Shown here one piece after another: positions 1-10,193 of a stretch of 64,000 bases of DNA. Under the pieces are notes generated by a model, which saw only the letters and a program-made list of their open reading frames with translations, was not told the origin of the DNA and did no database searches. This DNA is from Chitinophagales bacterium (GTDB taxonomy: Bacteria; Bacteroidota; Bacteroidia; Chitinophagales; LD1), in NCBI GenBank assembly GCA_046329555.1, contig JAXLUK010000001.1, forward strand, positions 790,855-854,854, in the 5' to 3' direction. Every line of letters begins with the position of its first letter. The stretch's first letter is position 1. Made by a program: the position numbers and the translations under genes.

Positions 1-978
1 GCCCGAAATGCTTATCAGGCAGGGCAGGATAGTTGGCTGGCTTCTTGTTACCAGCCTGAAATAGGAGTGGGTTATATCTTCATCGCCAATCTGGTGGCCA
101 GCGCGTGTAAGTTATTGCTGCTTACCCCGTTGTTTTTTGATTTTCGTTGGAAATTCAATAGCCTGCTTTTCAAAGACCTCATCCGATATTCCTTGCCTAT
201 GGTACCCATCGGTTTGGCTGGAATCATCAATGAAACCTTTGACAGACCCATGCTGAAATTCCTGCTTCCATACGACGAAGCAACCAACATGGCGCAAGTA
301 GGCATTTACAGTGCGTGTTATAAAATCAGCATTGTAATGTCGCTGTTCATCCAGGCCTATCGTTATGCCGCCGAACCTTTCTTCTTTAAACAATCAGGCC
401 AACAACATGCCAAACAACTTTTCGCAGATGTGATGCATTTCTTCGTGTTGTTTTGCTGCATCATCTTCCTTTTGGTGACCTTGTTCCTTCCATATTTCAA
501 ATTTTTCATCGGCCGCCCGGAATATTATGAAGGATTGAAAATTGTTCCGGTATTGCTGATGGCCAATCTGTGTTTAGGCATGTACGTCAATCTTTCCGTT
601 TGGTACAAGCTTACCGACCGCACCGGCTTAGGTGCCTGGGTGGCCGTTGGTGGTGCTGTACTTACCCTGGTACTGAATTACTGGTTGATTCCGGTAATGG
701 GATACATGGGCGCTGCATGGGCTACGCTGGCTTGCTATGGTTCTATGGCGGCGGTATCCTATGTATTGGGACAGAAATACTATCCGGTGCCCTATGGCGC
801 TGCCGTCATTCTCTGTTACCTGGGCGCTGCACTGGCAGTTTATGCCGTTTCCTTGTATTGGCAATGGCAACCAGGCGGTTGGCCCCTATCTGCCGCTTTA
901 TTATGGATCGGCTTTATCGTTTTCGCCGTTTTGATGTGGCGCTTTAGAATCTCAGCATCATCCCGGGTAGTTGTCTAA
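1..978 (+). CDS. Polysaccharide flippase-like multi-TM protein (MOP/Wzx-type), C-terminal part; 5' end lies outside the window
   Basis: Frame 1 is open from base 1, with no in-frame stop before the GTG at 67. The product is almost entirely hydrophobic helices, typical of the C-terminal half of Wzx/MurJ-like transporters. Confidence 0.55.
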   Translation, partial: ARNAYQAGQDSWLASCYQPEIGVGYIFIANLVASACKLLLLTPLFFDFRWKFNSLLFKDLIRYSLPMVPIGLAGIINETFDRPMLKFLLPYDEATNMAQVGIYSACYKISIVMSLFIQAYRYAAEPFFFKQSGQQHAKQLFADVMHFFVLFCCIIFLLVTLFLPYFKFFIGRPEYYEGLKIVPVLLMANLCLGMYVNLSVWYKLTDRTGLGAWVAVGGAVLTLVLNYWLIPVMGYMGAAWATLACYGSMAAVSYVLGQKYYPVPYGAAVILCYLGAALAVYAVSLYWQWQPGGWPLSAALLWIGFIVFAVLMWRFRISASSRVVV

Positions 979-1020
979 AATAATTCCCCATCTGCTTCGT
1001 CTGCCTGAAAGCAAACTATT

Positions 1021-1055
1021 TTAGGAAACGTTTTTTGGTAAAATTTGTTTCCTAA
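1021..1055. promoter_or_regulatory. Candidate TetR operator (perfect 9-bp inverted repeat)
   Basis: TTAGGAAAC (1021-1029) and GTTTCCTAA (1047-1055) are separated by 17 bp. The site lies about 35 bp upstream of the TetR start at 1089. Confidence 0.35.
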
Positions 1056-1088
1056 ACATATTTGGTTATACCTTTGCGCCCGTTTTTT

Positions 1089-1718
1089 ATGAATACGAAT
1101 CTTACCAATCAGCAGATTATTCTGCAGCGCGCGAAAGAACTGTTCATGCGCTTTGGCATCAAAAACATGACCATGGACGACATTGCCCGGGAATTGGGCA
1201 TGTCTAAAAAAACCATCTATCTGTACGTCTACAACAAATCAGATTTGGTGGTTAAGGCCCTGCGGCACCATATTCAGGCGGAAACGCAGGTATTACAACA
1301 GGCAGTTTCCAACAATGCCAATGCCATTGAAGAGCTGCTTACGTTGATTCACTTCATCAACACGCACTTCCGCGAATTCGACAGCCGTGTGTACCATGAA
1401 CTGCAAAAGTACTATGCCGATGCGTTCACCGAGTATTCTGAATATCGCGATAAAACCATTCTGAATTACTTCATGGAGAATATCCGAAAAGGCATCAATC
1501 AGGGTGTTTACCGTGCGGATTTGGAGGCCGAAGTAATCAGCCGCTTCTATGTTTACGGATCTGATGTGCTGCTAAATCAACAACTATTTCCTTCAAAAAA
1601 ATTCCCCTTCATCGAAGTGTACCGTCAGGTGGTTGAATACCATTTACGAGGTATCGTTTCCAAAAAAGGTTTGGAGGTTTTGGAAAACAACAAATTCTTA
1701 AAGACGCTAGAATCATGA
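1089..1718 (+). CDS. TetR/AcrR family transcriptional regulator
   Basis: N-terminal HTH (MTMDDIARELGMSKKTIYLYVYNKSDLV). The stop overlaps the start of the downstream TolC-like gene (ATGA at 1715). Start chosen at the internal Met (MNTNL). Confidence 0.85.
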   Translation: MNTNLTNQQIILQRAKELFMRFGIKNMTMDDIARELGMSKKTIYLYVYNKSDLVVKALRHHIQAETQVLQQAVSNNANAIEELLTLIHFINTHFREFDSRVYHELQKYYADAFTEYSEYRDKTILNYFMENIRKGINQGVYRADLEAEVISRFYVYGSDVLLNQQLFPSKKFPFIEVYRQVVEYHLRGIVSKKGLEVLENNKFLKTLES

Positions 1719-3160
1719 AACCATATTTTTTTCTCTTTTTAATATTCACCTCGGTGACGGCCTTCGGTCAAAACCGGATGAATGCCTATTCCATGCAACA
1801 GGCCATTGCCTTCGCACTGGAAAATAACCACGATGTAAAAAATGCGAAGCTGGATGTAGAACAAATCCGCTATAAAGGATGGGAATTTAAAACTACCGGC
1901 TTGCCGAAGCTTGAGGCTAATATCGATTATACCTACTACTTCAAAACGCCGGTAGCACCAGCTTTCACGAAAATTTTTGCTGATACTTCAAGTGCTACAA
2001 CAAAGAATGATATCCATGTTGCCAAATATTTTCTGGATTCCCTGCAAGATCCTACCTTATTACAGAATTTGGCAGCAGCATCTAAAAACAGTAAGCCCTT
2101 TTCTTTTGTATTACCGCATCAGGCCACTGCCGGAATCACCTTATCGCAATTGATTTTTGATGCCCGCTATTTTGTGGGTTTGCACGCCATACGTGAATTG
2201 AAAAACACCCAATTCATGCTAAAGGAGCGCACCGACGTTGAAGTAGCTTATGCCGTACGCAAAGCCTATATTCAGGCAGCCGCCGGGCAGGAATCAGAAA
2301 ACTCGTTGCGGAACGTAAAAGAGATTGTAGACAAGATGGTATCCGATATGCGTGCCACCTACAAGGAAGGATTGATTGAAGAATTGGATATCAATCGCCT
2401 GGAACTCATACAATCTAATCTGGAAAGTCAAATCGCCTTGCAAGATCAACTCGCCGCCTTGGCATTGGTAAATCTGAAGTTTCAAATGGGTTTGCCCATG
2501 AACCAGGATATTATCTTAACCGATAAACTGAAAACACTTAAAGAGCGTATGCCCAATGATCCGGCGCTCAACTTTGATCCATCAAAACGTGTGGAATTTC
2601 GTCTACTGGAATCAGCTATTAAACTGAAAACTGATGATATGAAGCAACGGCGCGCCGGTTACTTCCCTTCATTGGTGGGTTTTTTGAATTTCGGCTATAA
2701 CGCCCAACTCAGCGATGGAAAGTACTTTTTCAAGAACGAACAATTTCAAGGTCAAACCCTGCAATCGTGGAATCCGCAGGGTTTAGTTGGGTTAAAACTC
2801 AATATCCCCATCTTCGATTCAGGTAATAAGTGGGCACTCATCAAGCAGGCGAAAATTGATGTAAAAAAAGCCGAAAACGATCTCGATAATTTCAAGCAGG
2901 CCGCTGAACTCCAAGTGAAAGTAGCTCGCACTAACTATAACTCAGCACAATTGGAAGTAAGCAACACAGAACGCAGTGTTGCACTGAGTCAAAAGATTTT
3001 CGATAAAACCAATATCAAATATAAAGAAGGTATAGGCTCCAGTTTTGAACTGAGCCAGGCGCAACAAGATTTAGTAACTAACAAATTAAAAAATGTTCAG
3101 GCGGTAATGAATTTGCTCATCAACCGTTCTGAACTGGATAAAGCATTAGGATTACAATAA
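1715..3160 (+). CDS. TolC-family outer membrane efflux protein
   Basis: Signal peptide, 481 aa, and two-repeat coiled-coil/beta-barrel pattern. It is the first gene of a TolC-MFP-RND operon. Confidence 0.85.
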   Translation: MKPYFFLFLIFTSVTAFGQNRMNAYSMQQAIAFALENNHDVKNAKLDVEQIRYKGWEFKTTGLPKLEANIDYTYYFKTPVAPAFTKIFADTSSATTKNDIHVAKYFLDSLQDPTLLQNLAAASKNSKPFSFVLPHQATAGITLSQLIFDARYFVGLHAIRELKNTQFMLKERTDVEVAYAVRKAYIQAAAGQESENSLRNVKEIVDKMVSDMRATYKEGLIEELDINRLELIQSNLESQIALQDQLAALALVNLKFQMGLPMNQDIILTDKLKTLKERMPNDPALNFDPSKRVEFRLLESAIKLKTDDMKQRRAGYFPSLVGFLNFGYNAQLSDGKYFFKNEQFQGQTLQSWNPQGLVGLKLNIPIFDSGNKWALIKQAKIDVKKAENDLDNFKQAAELQVKVARTNYNSAQLEVSNTERSVALSQKIFDKTNIKYKEGIGSSFELSQAQQDLVTNKLKNVQAVMNLLINRSELDKALGLQ

Positions 3161-3166
3161 GCAACG

Positions 3167-4303
3167 ATGAAATATTTACAACTATCAACGCTATTGGTGT
3201 TGGCTCTTGCCCTGGGTACAGCCTGCACCGAAAACCCCAACGATGTTTCGGGAAAGAAGAAAGAATTGAGCGAACTGCTTACCAAGCAGCGCGAAATCGC
3301 CGATAAAATTCTGAAGCTACAGAAGGAAATTGCCAAGCTCGATCCGGGCAGTAAAGTGGAAGGCAAACCAAAGCCGGTTGGCGTAGATACGCTGCAGCCT
3401 GTCACTTTCGAACATAAAGTAGAAGTGCAGGGTCAGGTTGATGCCGAACAAAATGCGCTGGTGCTGCAGCAAATGCCTGGCGTGGTAACCGCCATCTACG
3501 TGAAAGCGGGCGACCGCGTTAGCGCTGGTCAAACTCTATTCATTACTGATGCCAGCACGTATGAAAAGCAAATTGGTATTGTAGAAACACAAGCCAACCT
3601 GGCACGAACCGCCTATGAAAAACAGGAACGGCTGTGGAGCCAGGGCATCGGCAGTGAGATTCAGGTATTGCAGGCAAAAACCAATAAAGAAGCTGCAGAA
3701 AAACAAATTCAAACGCTACGCGCTACAATCGAAATGACAAAAGCAAAATCGCCAATCAGCGGTGTGGTAGATGAAGTACGCGTAAAACTGGGCGATATGG
3801 CGGCACCTTCGGCCATGATGCCGGGCATCCGCGTAGTAAATTCTTCGCGTTTGGTCATTAAGGCAAAACTGAGCGACTCAGAAATTGGCAAACTAAAACA
3901 AGGAGATAAAGTAGAGGTGTACTTCCCGGATATTGATAAGCACATCACATCTACCGTTTCTTACGTGGGGCAGGTCATCGACCGTCAAACGCGCACCTTC
4001 AACGTAGAAGTGCGTCTCGATAATGCGAATGCTGATTACAAAGCCAATATGCTGGCACAATTGTATATCAACGACGAAGCTATTCCAAACGCATTGGTGG
4101 TGCCAACCAATGTGATTCAGAAAACCGATGATAATCGCGAATACCTGTTAGTGGCCGAAGGCGACCGTGTAACCAAACGTTTCGTGGTTTCCGGTGACAG
4201 CTATAACGGGAACACCGTAATTAAAGACGGACTAAAAGCAGGTGATAAAGTAATCACCTTCGGATTCAGTGAAGTTGTAGACGGACAACGCATCAGTTTT
4301 TAA
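3167..4303 (+). CDS. Efflux RND periplasmic adaptor (membrane fusion protein, HlyD family)
   Basis: Lipoprotein-like N-terminus (LGTAC), a coiled-coil segment, and beta-barrel/lipoyl motifs. It lies between the TolC and RND genes. Confidence 0.9.
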   Translation: MKYLQLSTLLVLALALGTACTENPNDVSGKKKELSELLTKQREIADKILKLQKEIAKLDPGSKVEGKPKPVGVDTLQPVTFEHKVEVQGQVDAEQNALVLQQMPGVVTAIYVKAGDRVSAGQTLFITDASTYEKQIGIVETQANLARTAYEKQERLWSQGIGSEIQVLQAKTNKEAAEKQIQTLRATIEMTKAKSPISGVVDEVRVKLGDMAAPSAMMPGIRVVNSSRLVIKAKLSDSEIGKLKQGDKVEVYFPDIDKHITSTVSYVGQVIDRQTRTFNVEVRLDNANADYKANMLAQLYINDEAIPNALVVPTNVIQKTDDNREYLLVAEGDRVTKRFVVSGDSYNGNTVIKDGLKAGDKVITFGFSEVVDGQRISF

Positions 4304-4337
4304 TCATCCGGTAGCTTGCTGCCGAAACTAAATTGTC

Positions 4338-7300
4338 ATGACAGGCGAACATTTCAAAGAACTTAGCTTCACCAGTTGGTGTGTGCAAAACCGCACCAGT
4401 ATTTATGTCTTTACCATCCTGATGAGCATCATGGGTTTCACCACCTATCAAAAGCTCCCAAAGGAATTATTCCCCGATGTAGTAGTGCCTACCATTACCG
4501 TAGCCACCATCTATCCGGGAGCCTCTCCGGAAGACATTGAAAACCTCATCACCAAGCCGCTGGAAAAACAATTGAAGTCGATCTCGGGCATCAAAAAAGT
4601 AACCAGCAACTCGATGAGTGATTTCTGCCTGATTACTGCAGAATTTAATACCGATCAGGATCCCCGCCTGTGTAAGCAGAAAGTAAAAGATGCCGTAGAT
4701 AAGGGCAAGAAAGATCTGCCGGATGACCTCAAAACAGATCCGCAAATTCAGGAATTCGACATTTCTGAAATGCCGATTATGAACATCAATCTGGCCGGTG
4801 ACATCCCACTCGCGCAATTGAAAAAATATGCGGAAGAACTTCAGGATAAAATTGAATCGCAAAAAGAAATTACCCGGGTAGATATCATCGGCGGGTACAA
4901 GCGCGAAGTGCAGGTAAACGTAGATATGTATAAGATGACGGCCTCCGGCATCTCGTTCATGGATATAGAAAATGCCATCGCCCGCGAAAACCTAAATATC
5001 TCAGGCGGTGAATTGCGCGTGGGCGAATTGCGCCGCAACTTGCGCGTAACGGGCGAATTCAAAGACCCGCAGGAAATCGGCAATATCGTAGTGCGCTCAT
5101 TCACCGGAAACCCCGTGTTTATTCACGATATCGCCGAGGTGCGCGATGGATATGCCGATAAACAAGATTTCGCGCGCTTAGGCGGAAAAACCGTCATCAC
5201 CTTAAACGTTATCAAACGTACAGGTGAAAACCTGCTAAACGCAACTGATCAGATCTATGAAACCCTGGACGATTATAAAACCAACCGCTTCCCGGCCGGC
5301 GTGAAAGTGGAAGTAACCGGCGACACCTCCGATAATACCCGCATTCAACTTCACGACCTCATCAACACCGTTATCATCGGCTTTATTCTGGTGGTCTTTG
5401 TATTGATGTTTTTCATGGGCTTCCGCAATGCATTCTTCGTTGGTCTGGCCGTACCACTATCTTGTTTGGTCGCCTTCATCATCATGCCGGGCCTTTCGCT
5501 CACCATGAACGTGGTGGTGTTGTTCTCCTTCCTCTTGGCGTTAGGAATCATTGTGGATGACGCTATTGTGGTAATTGAAAACACGCACCGCATCTTCCAC
5601 CAAAATCACGAGCTCAGTATTCTGCAGGCCGCCAAATACGCAGCAGGCGAAGTATTTGTGCCGGTATTAGCCGGTACGGCTACCACCCTTGCCCCCTTCG
5701 TTCCCTTGCTATTCTGGCCGGGTGTGGTGGGTAAATTCATGAAGAACCTGCCCCTTACCCTGATCATCACCCTGGGCGCCTCGCTATTCGTTGCCTTCGT
5801 TATCAATCCGGTATTTGCCGTAACCTTTATGTCGCGCGAGGAATCGCACAAAAGCAATTCCATCCGCGAATACACCCGCATGTTCCTGTTCCTGGCCGTA
5901 GTCACCGCCATTTCCTACGCCTTCAAAAGTTTCGGCATAGGCAACTTCGCTATGTTCTGCATGCTGATGATTGTGCTCTATCACTACGTTTTTGCCGATG
6001 CTATCATTATCTGGCAGGATCGCACGTGGCCCAAAGTGGTGAACGCTTACCGCAACCTGGTGCGCGCCTTCATCAAAGGATACCGCCCGGTATTCGTACC
6101 ATTAGCTGCCATTCTGGTGCTCATCATCAGTATTGTGGTGTTCGTTATGTCGAAACCGGTAATCGATTTCTTCCCTACCAGCGAACCGAACTTCGTCTAC
6201 ATCTATTGCAAACTGCCCATGGGTACCGACGCTACCGTTACCGATAGCATCACGCGCCAAATAGAAGAGCGCGTTTTCAAAGTTATTGGCAATTACAATC
6301 CCGATGTCACCTCTGTTATTTCCAACGTGGGTCTGGGCGCCGGCGATCCTCAAAATCCCGATAAAGTAGCTACGCCGCAGAAATCAAAAGTCACCGTAGC
6401 CTTCAAAAAATATGCGGAACGCAAAAATCCGCATACCACAGAATGGCTCAATAAACTGCGCGCCGAATTTAAAAACGGCATCCCCGGCGCTTCCTTATCG
6501 GTAGAAAAAGAACGCAACGGTCCGCCGGTGGGTAAAGCCGTGAATATTGAAATCAATGGCGACGATTTCAATGAACTGCAGCAATTGCAACAACAGGTGG
6601 AAAAAGAAATTGCCAAAGCCGGCGTGAAAGGCATTGAAGAACTGAAAAGCGATCTGCAAATTTCTAAACCGGAAATCCTCATCGACCTCGATAAAGAAAA
6701 ACTGCAACGCGAAGGACTCTCGCGCGCTCAGGTTGCCGTAGAAATTCGTACCGCGCTTTTCGGTAAAGAAGTATCCAAATACCGCGATGCCAACGACGAT
6801 GCACCCATTCAACTGCGCCTGAAAGAAAGCGACCGAACCAGTATCGACCGCCTATTGAATCTGAATATTTCGTACATGGATTTCGCTACGCAATCGTTCC
6901 GTCAGGTGCCGGTTTCATCACTGGCAAAAATACGCTACGGCAATTCCTACAGCGTCATCAACCGTAAAAATCAAAAACGCTTAATTACCCTTTCCAGCGA
7001 TGTGGCCGAAGGCTTCGCACCAAACGTGGTGGTGGCTCAGGTAAAACAAGCACTGGAAAATGTAGTGGTGCCAGAAGGTTATGAAATTAAAATGACGGGC
7101 GAACAGGAACAACAACAAGAAACAGCCGATTTCCTGGGCACCGCATTTGGTATCGCGCTCGCCCTGATGTTTATGGTCATGGTATTCCAGTTTAACTCGG
7201 CTATCAAACCCATGATTATCGCCTCAACCGTTATCTTTAGCCTTATCGGCGTATTCTTCGGCAACGCCATATTCCACATGAAATTCTCTGTGGTGATGAC

Positions 7301-7724
7301 CGGCGTAGGCTTCTTCTCACTCGCCGGTATTGTTATCCGGAACGGCATTTTGCTGATTGAATTCATCGATGAATTGCGTCAGCGTGGCCTATCCGTTGAA
7401 GAGGCCGTGGTAGAAGGTGGCGCTACACGTATCACACCGGTTATCCTCACCGCATTATCTGCTATTCTCGGCCTCATCCCGTTGGCCATCGGTCTCAATA
7501 TCGATTTTGAAACGCTCTTCTCGCAATTCAAACCGCACTTCTATACCGGCGGCGATAACGTAGCCTTCTGGGGTCCGTTAGCCTGGACCATGATCTTCGG
7601 TCTTAGCGCAGCCACCTTCCTCACCTTGTTGGTGGTGCCGTCGATGTACATACTGGGCTATAAAACCCGCGAGCGTTTATACCGCTGGTTCCCGGGTGCC
7701 AAAAAATTGATTGGATATTTATAA
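4338..7724 (+). CDS. RND efflux transporter permease (AcrB/CzcA superfamily)
   Basis: 1128 aa with a 12-TM layout and two large periplasmic loops. Conserved motifs include VVLFSFLLALGIIVDDAIVVIEN. Confidence 0.95.
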   Translation: MTGEHFKELSFTSWCVQNRTSIYVFTILMSIMGFTTYQKLPKELFPDVVVPTITVATIYPGASPEDIENLITKPLEKQLKSISGIKKVTSNSMSDFCLITAEFNTDQDPRLCKQKVKDAVDKGKKDLPDDLKTDPQIQEFDISEMPIMNINLAGDIPLAQLKKYAEELQDKIESQKEITRVDIIGGYKREVQVNVDMYKMTASGISFMDIENAIARENLNISGGELRVGELRRNLRVTGEFKDPQEIGNIVVRSFTGNPVFIHDIAEVRDGYADKQDFARLGGKTVITLNVIKRTGENLLNATDQIYETLDDYKTNRFPAGVKVEVTGDTSDNTRIQLHDLINTVIIGFILVVFVLMFFMGFRNAFFVGLAVPLSCLVAFIIMPGLSLTMNVVVLFSFLLALGIIVDDAIVVIENTHRIFHQNHELSILQAAKYAAGEVFVPVLAGTATTLAPFVPLLFWPGVVGKFMKNLPLTLIITLGASLFVAFVINPVFAVTFMSREESHKSNSIREYTRMFLFLAVVTAISYAFKSFGIGNFAMFCMLMIVLYHYVFADAIIIWQDRTWPKVVNAYRNLVRAFIKGYRPVFVPLAAILVLIISIVVFVMSKPVIDFFPTSEPNFVYIYCKLPMGTDATVTDSITRQIEERVFKVIGNYNPDVTSVISNVGLGAGDPQNPDKVATPQKSKVTVAFKKYAERKNPHTTEWLNKLRAEFKNGIPGASLSVEKERNGPPVGKAVNIEINGDDFNELQQLQQQVEKEIAKAGVKGIEELKSDLQISKPEILIDLDKEKLQREGLSRAQVAVEIRTALFGKEVSKYRDANDDAPIQLRLKESDRTSIDRLLNLNISYMDFATQSFRQVPVSSLAKIRYGNSYSVINRKNQKRLITLSSDVAEGFAPNVVVAQVKQALENVVVPEGYEIKMTGEQEQQQETADFLGTAFGIALALMFMVMVFQFNSAIKPMIIASTVIFSLIGVFFGNAIFHMKFSVVMTGVGFFSLAGIVIRNGILLIEFIDELRQRGLSVEEAVVEGGATRITPVILTALSAILGLIPLAIGLNIDFETLFSQFKPHFYTGGDNVAFWGPLAWTMIFGLSAATFLTLLVVPSMYILGYKTRERLYRWFPGAKKLIGYL

Positions 7725-7890
7725 TCAGGGCGCCCCGCTGGCAGTTGGCGACTTCCGCCAGGCTACAGCCGCCAACTGCCGCGGCCGCGCTGACTACGGG
7801 GTTCGCTTCGCTGCCGTGCTCCACTACGTTGCGCACCTCGCCCACCTACGGCGGGCTCGCCCTTCGCATCGCTGGCGCTTAGCGCTACAC
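7725..7890. repeat. GC-rich structured intergenic element (family also at 13600-13950, 28165-28260, 52490-52580, 57930-58180)
   Basis: It starts right after the RND stop codon. It contains a perfect 11-bp inverted repeat, GGCAGTTGGCG (7740-7750) / CGCCAACTGCC (7770-7780). It shares ...GCGCACCTCGC...GCTCGCCCTTC... blocks with the 57.9-kb copy. Confidence 0.6.
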
Positions 7891-7928
7891 AAAAAAAAAG
7901 CGCTGCATGCCGCAGCGCCTTTTCTTTA
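7891..7928. terminator. Bidirectional rho-independent terminator between convergent RND and DoxX genes
   Basis: A9-GCGCTGC-atgcc-GCAGCGC-CTTTTCTTT. A 7-bp GC stem is flanked by an A-run and a T-run, so it reads as a terminator on both strands. Confidence 0.65.
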
Positions 7929-7954
7929 CTTCCGATGGCTCGCCTTAGCAATGA

Positions 7955-8326
7955 TCAAGCGCCTAATCCCTTAAACCTGAAATAAGCCACTACGATGCTC
8001 AGAATACCTGCAATAATCACAGCAGGAACAATCTTGTACTCCTTCTTGCTGAGGTGAACCGCTGTAGCACCGGCCATCACCAACGCAAAACATACCGCCG
8101 TAATGGGCGTCAAAACCGGCAGAATCCCCAGCCACCACGGCAGGATAATGCCGAATACGCCCAATCCTTCTAAAGCACCCAGAATGCGCACGGGCAGCGC
8201 ATTACCGCCTGCTTCCAGCATACCCTTTTCCTGTAATTGCGCTTCGGTGCTGCTTAATTTAATAAACGCCGGCATGGCGAACCATAAAGCCAGCAATCCT
8301 TGCAAAACCCATAAGGTAGTATTCAT
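7955..8326 (-). CDS. DoxX family membrane protein
   Basis: 123 aa with 4 TM helices and DoxX-like sequence. It is divergent from an HxlR regulator, which is a classic pairing. Confidence 0.8.
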   Translation of the reverse strand: MNTTLWVLQGLLALWFAMPAFIKLSSTEAQLQEKGMLEAGGNALPVRILGALEGLGVFGIILPWWLGILPVLTPITAVCFALVMAGATAVHLSKKEYKIVPAVIIAGILSIVVAYFRFKGLGA

Positions 8327-8360
8327 CTTTCTTGTTTTATAATGCTAAAGTATCTACATT

Positions 8361-8397
8361 TGCTATACAAAGTATATTACTAACATTCTGTATAGCA
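8361..8397. promoter_or_regulatory. Candidate HxlR operator in the divergent promoter region
   Basis: Perfect 9-bp inverted repeat TGCTATACA (8361-8369) / TGTATAGCA (8389-8397), plus a repeated ACAAAGTATA motif. Confidence 0.3.
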
Positions 8398-8419
8398 ATA
8401 TCACAAAGTATAGTATTGT

Positions 8420-8779
8420 ATGGCAACCAAATCAATAGCAAAGAAAACGGTGGCTACCTGCACCGGCCACATGCGCCCCGTGCGCGATGCACTGGAAGTT
8501 CTTCACGGCCGCTGGAAATTGCCCATCCTCGTTTCGTTGGGTTTCGGCCCCAAACGATTTAAAGAAATAGCCCGCGATGCTGAAGGTATTACCGACCGCA
8601 TGCTCTCTAAAGAACTCAAGGAAATGGAACTGAATCAACTGGTACAACGCACCGTTTACGATTCCTTTCCCCCAACCGTTGAGTACACCATCACCGAACA
8701 CGGTAAATCGCTGCAACCGGTTATTCAGGCGCTGGCCGCATGGGGTGAAAAGCACCGCCAGAAAGTAATGAAGCGCTAA
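8420..8779 (+). CDS. HxlR family winged-helix transcriptional regulator
   Basis: HGRWKLPILVSL...ITDRMLSKELKEMELNQLVQRTVY..PPTVEYTITEHG is the HxlR signature. Confidence 0.85.
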   Translation: MATKSIAKKTVATCTGHMRPVRDALEVLHGRWKLPILVSLGFGPKRFKEIARDAEGITDRMLSKELKEMELNQLVQRTVYDSFPPTVEYTITEHGKSLQPVIQALAAWGEKHRQKVMKR

Positions 8780-8819
8780 GCCTCTTTCAAAATTTTATCT
8801 TTGCGGTTCAAAACCTGAT

Positions 8820-9233
8820 ATGCCAACCTTATTATACCTCTGTTGTCTGCTATTGATGCTGCCCCCAAACCGCAACTACCGCCAGTTAGATGGTACCTGG
8901 TCGCCCCTTCGGGAAGAAATAGGCGGCACCAGTTTACCTGCAGCCGCATTTGAGAAACAACTCTTACAAATTGAAGACAACCGCTACACCGTACTGGCCG
9001 AAAGCGTAGATAAGGGTACAGTAGTCTACGGCAAAGGCAAAATGGATATCGACGGCATGGAAGGCGTCAATAAAGGCAAACATTTCAAAGCCATCTACAA
9101 GAAGAAAAAACACCAGCTTGAAATCTGTTACGACCTCTCCGGCAAGACCTACCCTACCGGTTTCGATACTAAAAATCATCCCATGTGGTTTCACGCCGTT
9201 TTTGAACAAGTGCGTATAGAAGAACTGAAATAA
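8820..9233 (+). CDS. Small secreted lipocalin-like protein (TIGR03067-like pattern)
   Basis: Hydrophobic N-terminus, then DGTW..L.EEIGG...P pattern and KAIYKKKKHQLEICYDLSGK.YPTGF. The assignment is from memory of the family pattern only. Confidence 0.45.
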   Translation: MPTLLYLCCLLLMLPPNRNYRQLDGTWSPLREEIGGTSLPAAAFEKQLLQIEDNRYTVLAESVDKGTVVYGKGKMDIDGMEGVNKGKHFKAIYKKKKHQLEICYDLSGKTYPTGFDTKNHPMWFHAVFEQVRIEELK

Positions 9234-9263
9234 TTTTTAACACTTACCATCAATCAATACATC

Positions 9264-10193
9264 ATGTCGCCATTCTTTTTATGCTTCATAGGCTTGCTCA
9301 TCGCGTTGGTGGCCATGGGCTTTGTTACCGTAAAACAAGGCACCGTTGCAGTAATCACCGTTTTTGGTAAATACAAGCGCATTCTCATGCCCGGGCTCAA
9401 TTTTAAAATCCCGGTTATTGAAACAATTCACAGCCGCATTTCTGTTCAAAACCGCTCTGTGGAACTCGAATTTCAGGCCGTAACGCAAGATCAGGCCAAT
9501 GTGTATTTCAAAGCCATGTTGCTGTACGCAGTAATCAATCAATCAGAAGAAACAATTAAGAATGTAGCCTTCAAATTTGTTGATGAACGCAATTTCATGC
9601 AAGCGCTTATCCGCACTATCGAAGGCACCATCCGCAGTTTTGTGGCTACCAAAAAACAAGCGGAGATTCTTGGTCTGCGTACCGAAATTGTACTGGAAGT
9701 AAAACAACATCTCGATGCCACGCTGGAAGAATGGGGTTATCACATGATTGACATCCAGCTGAACGATATTACGTTTGATGCTGAGATCATCAAATCAATG
9801 GCGAAGGTAGTTGCTTCCAACAACCTTAAAGCGGCTGCAGAAAACGAAGGACAAGCTTTATTAATTACCAAAACAAAAGCCGCAGAAGCTGAAGGTAATG
9901 CCATCAAAATTTCAGCCATTGCAGAAAAAGAGGCAGCGGCCCAGCGGGGTCAGGGTATTGCGCTATTCCGCCAGGAAGTGGCCAAGGGTATGGCGCAGGC
10001 CGCTAAAGAAATTACCGATGCTAAATTAGACTCTTCTTATCTGTTGTTTTCGATGTGGACAGAAGCGCTAAAACACTTTGCCGAACAAGGCAAGGGCAAT
10101 GTCATCTTTTTGGATGGTTCAGCAGAAGGCATGCAGAAAACGATGCATCAGCTCATGGCTACTATGAAGCTAAACGAAGATAAAACAGCCTGA
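9264..10193 (+). CDS. SPFH/Band 7 (stomatin/prohibitin-like) membrane protein
   Basis: N-terminal TM helix, an SPFH core (VKQGTVAVITVFGKYKRILMPGLNFKIPVIE), and a long Ala/Glu-rich coiled-coil tail. Confidence 0.85.
   Translation: MSPFFLCFIGLLIALVAMGFVTVKQGTVAVITVFGKYKRILMPGLNFKIPVIETIHSRISVQNRSVELEFQAVTQDQANVYFKAMLLYAVINQSEETIKNVAFKFVDERNFMQALIRTIEGTIRSFVATKKQAEILGLRTEIVLEVKQHLDATLEEWGYHMIDIQLNDITFDAEIIKSMAKVVASNNLKAAAENEGQALLITKTKAAEAEGNAIKISAIAEKEAAAQRGQGIALFRQEVAKGMAQAAKEITDAKLDSSYLLFSMWTEALKHFAEQGKGNVIFLDGSAEGMQKTMHQLMATMKLNEDKTA

Noticed and set aside
7711-7974. ORFs of 60-90 aa lie inside the GC-rich elements: 7711-7974, 7763-7951, 13688-13951, 27934-28170, 52500-52685, 57779-58093, 57997-58269.
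   Set aside because: They are Arg/Ala/Pro-rich translations of high-GC repeat DNA. They are open on both strands at the same locus and contain the hairpins. Peptide similarity between loci (for example LFACSPR) reflects DNA repeat identity, not a conserved gene.
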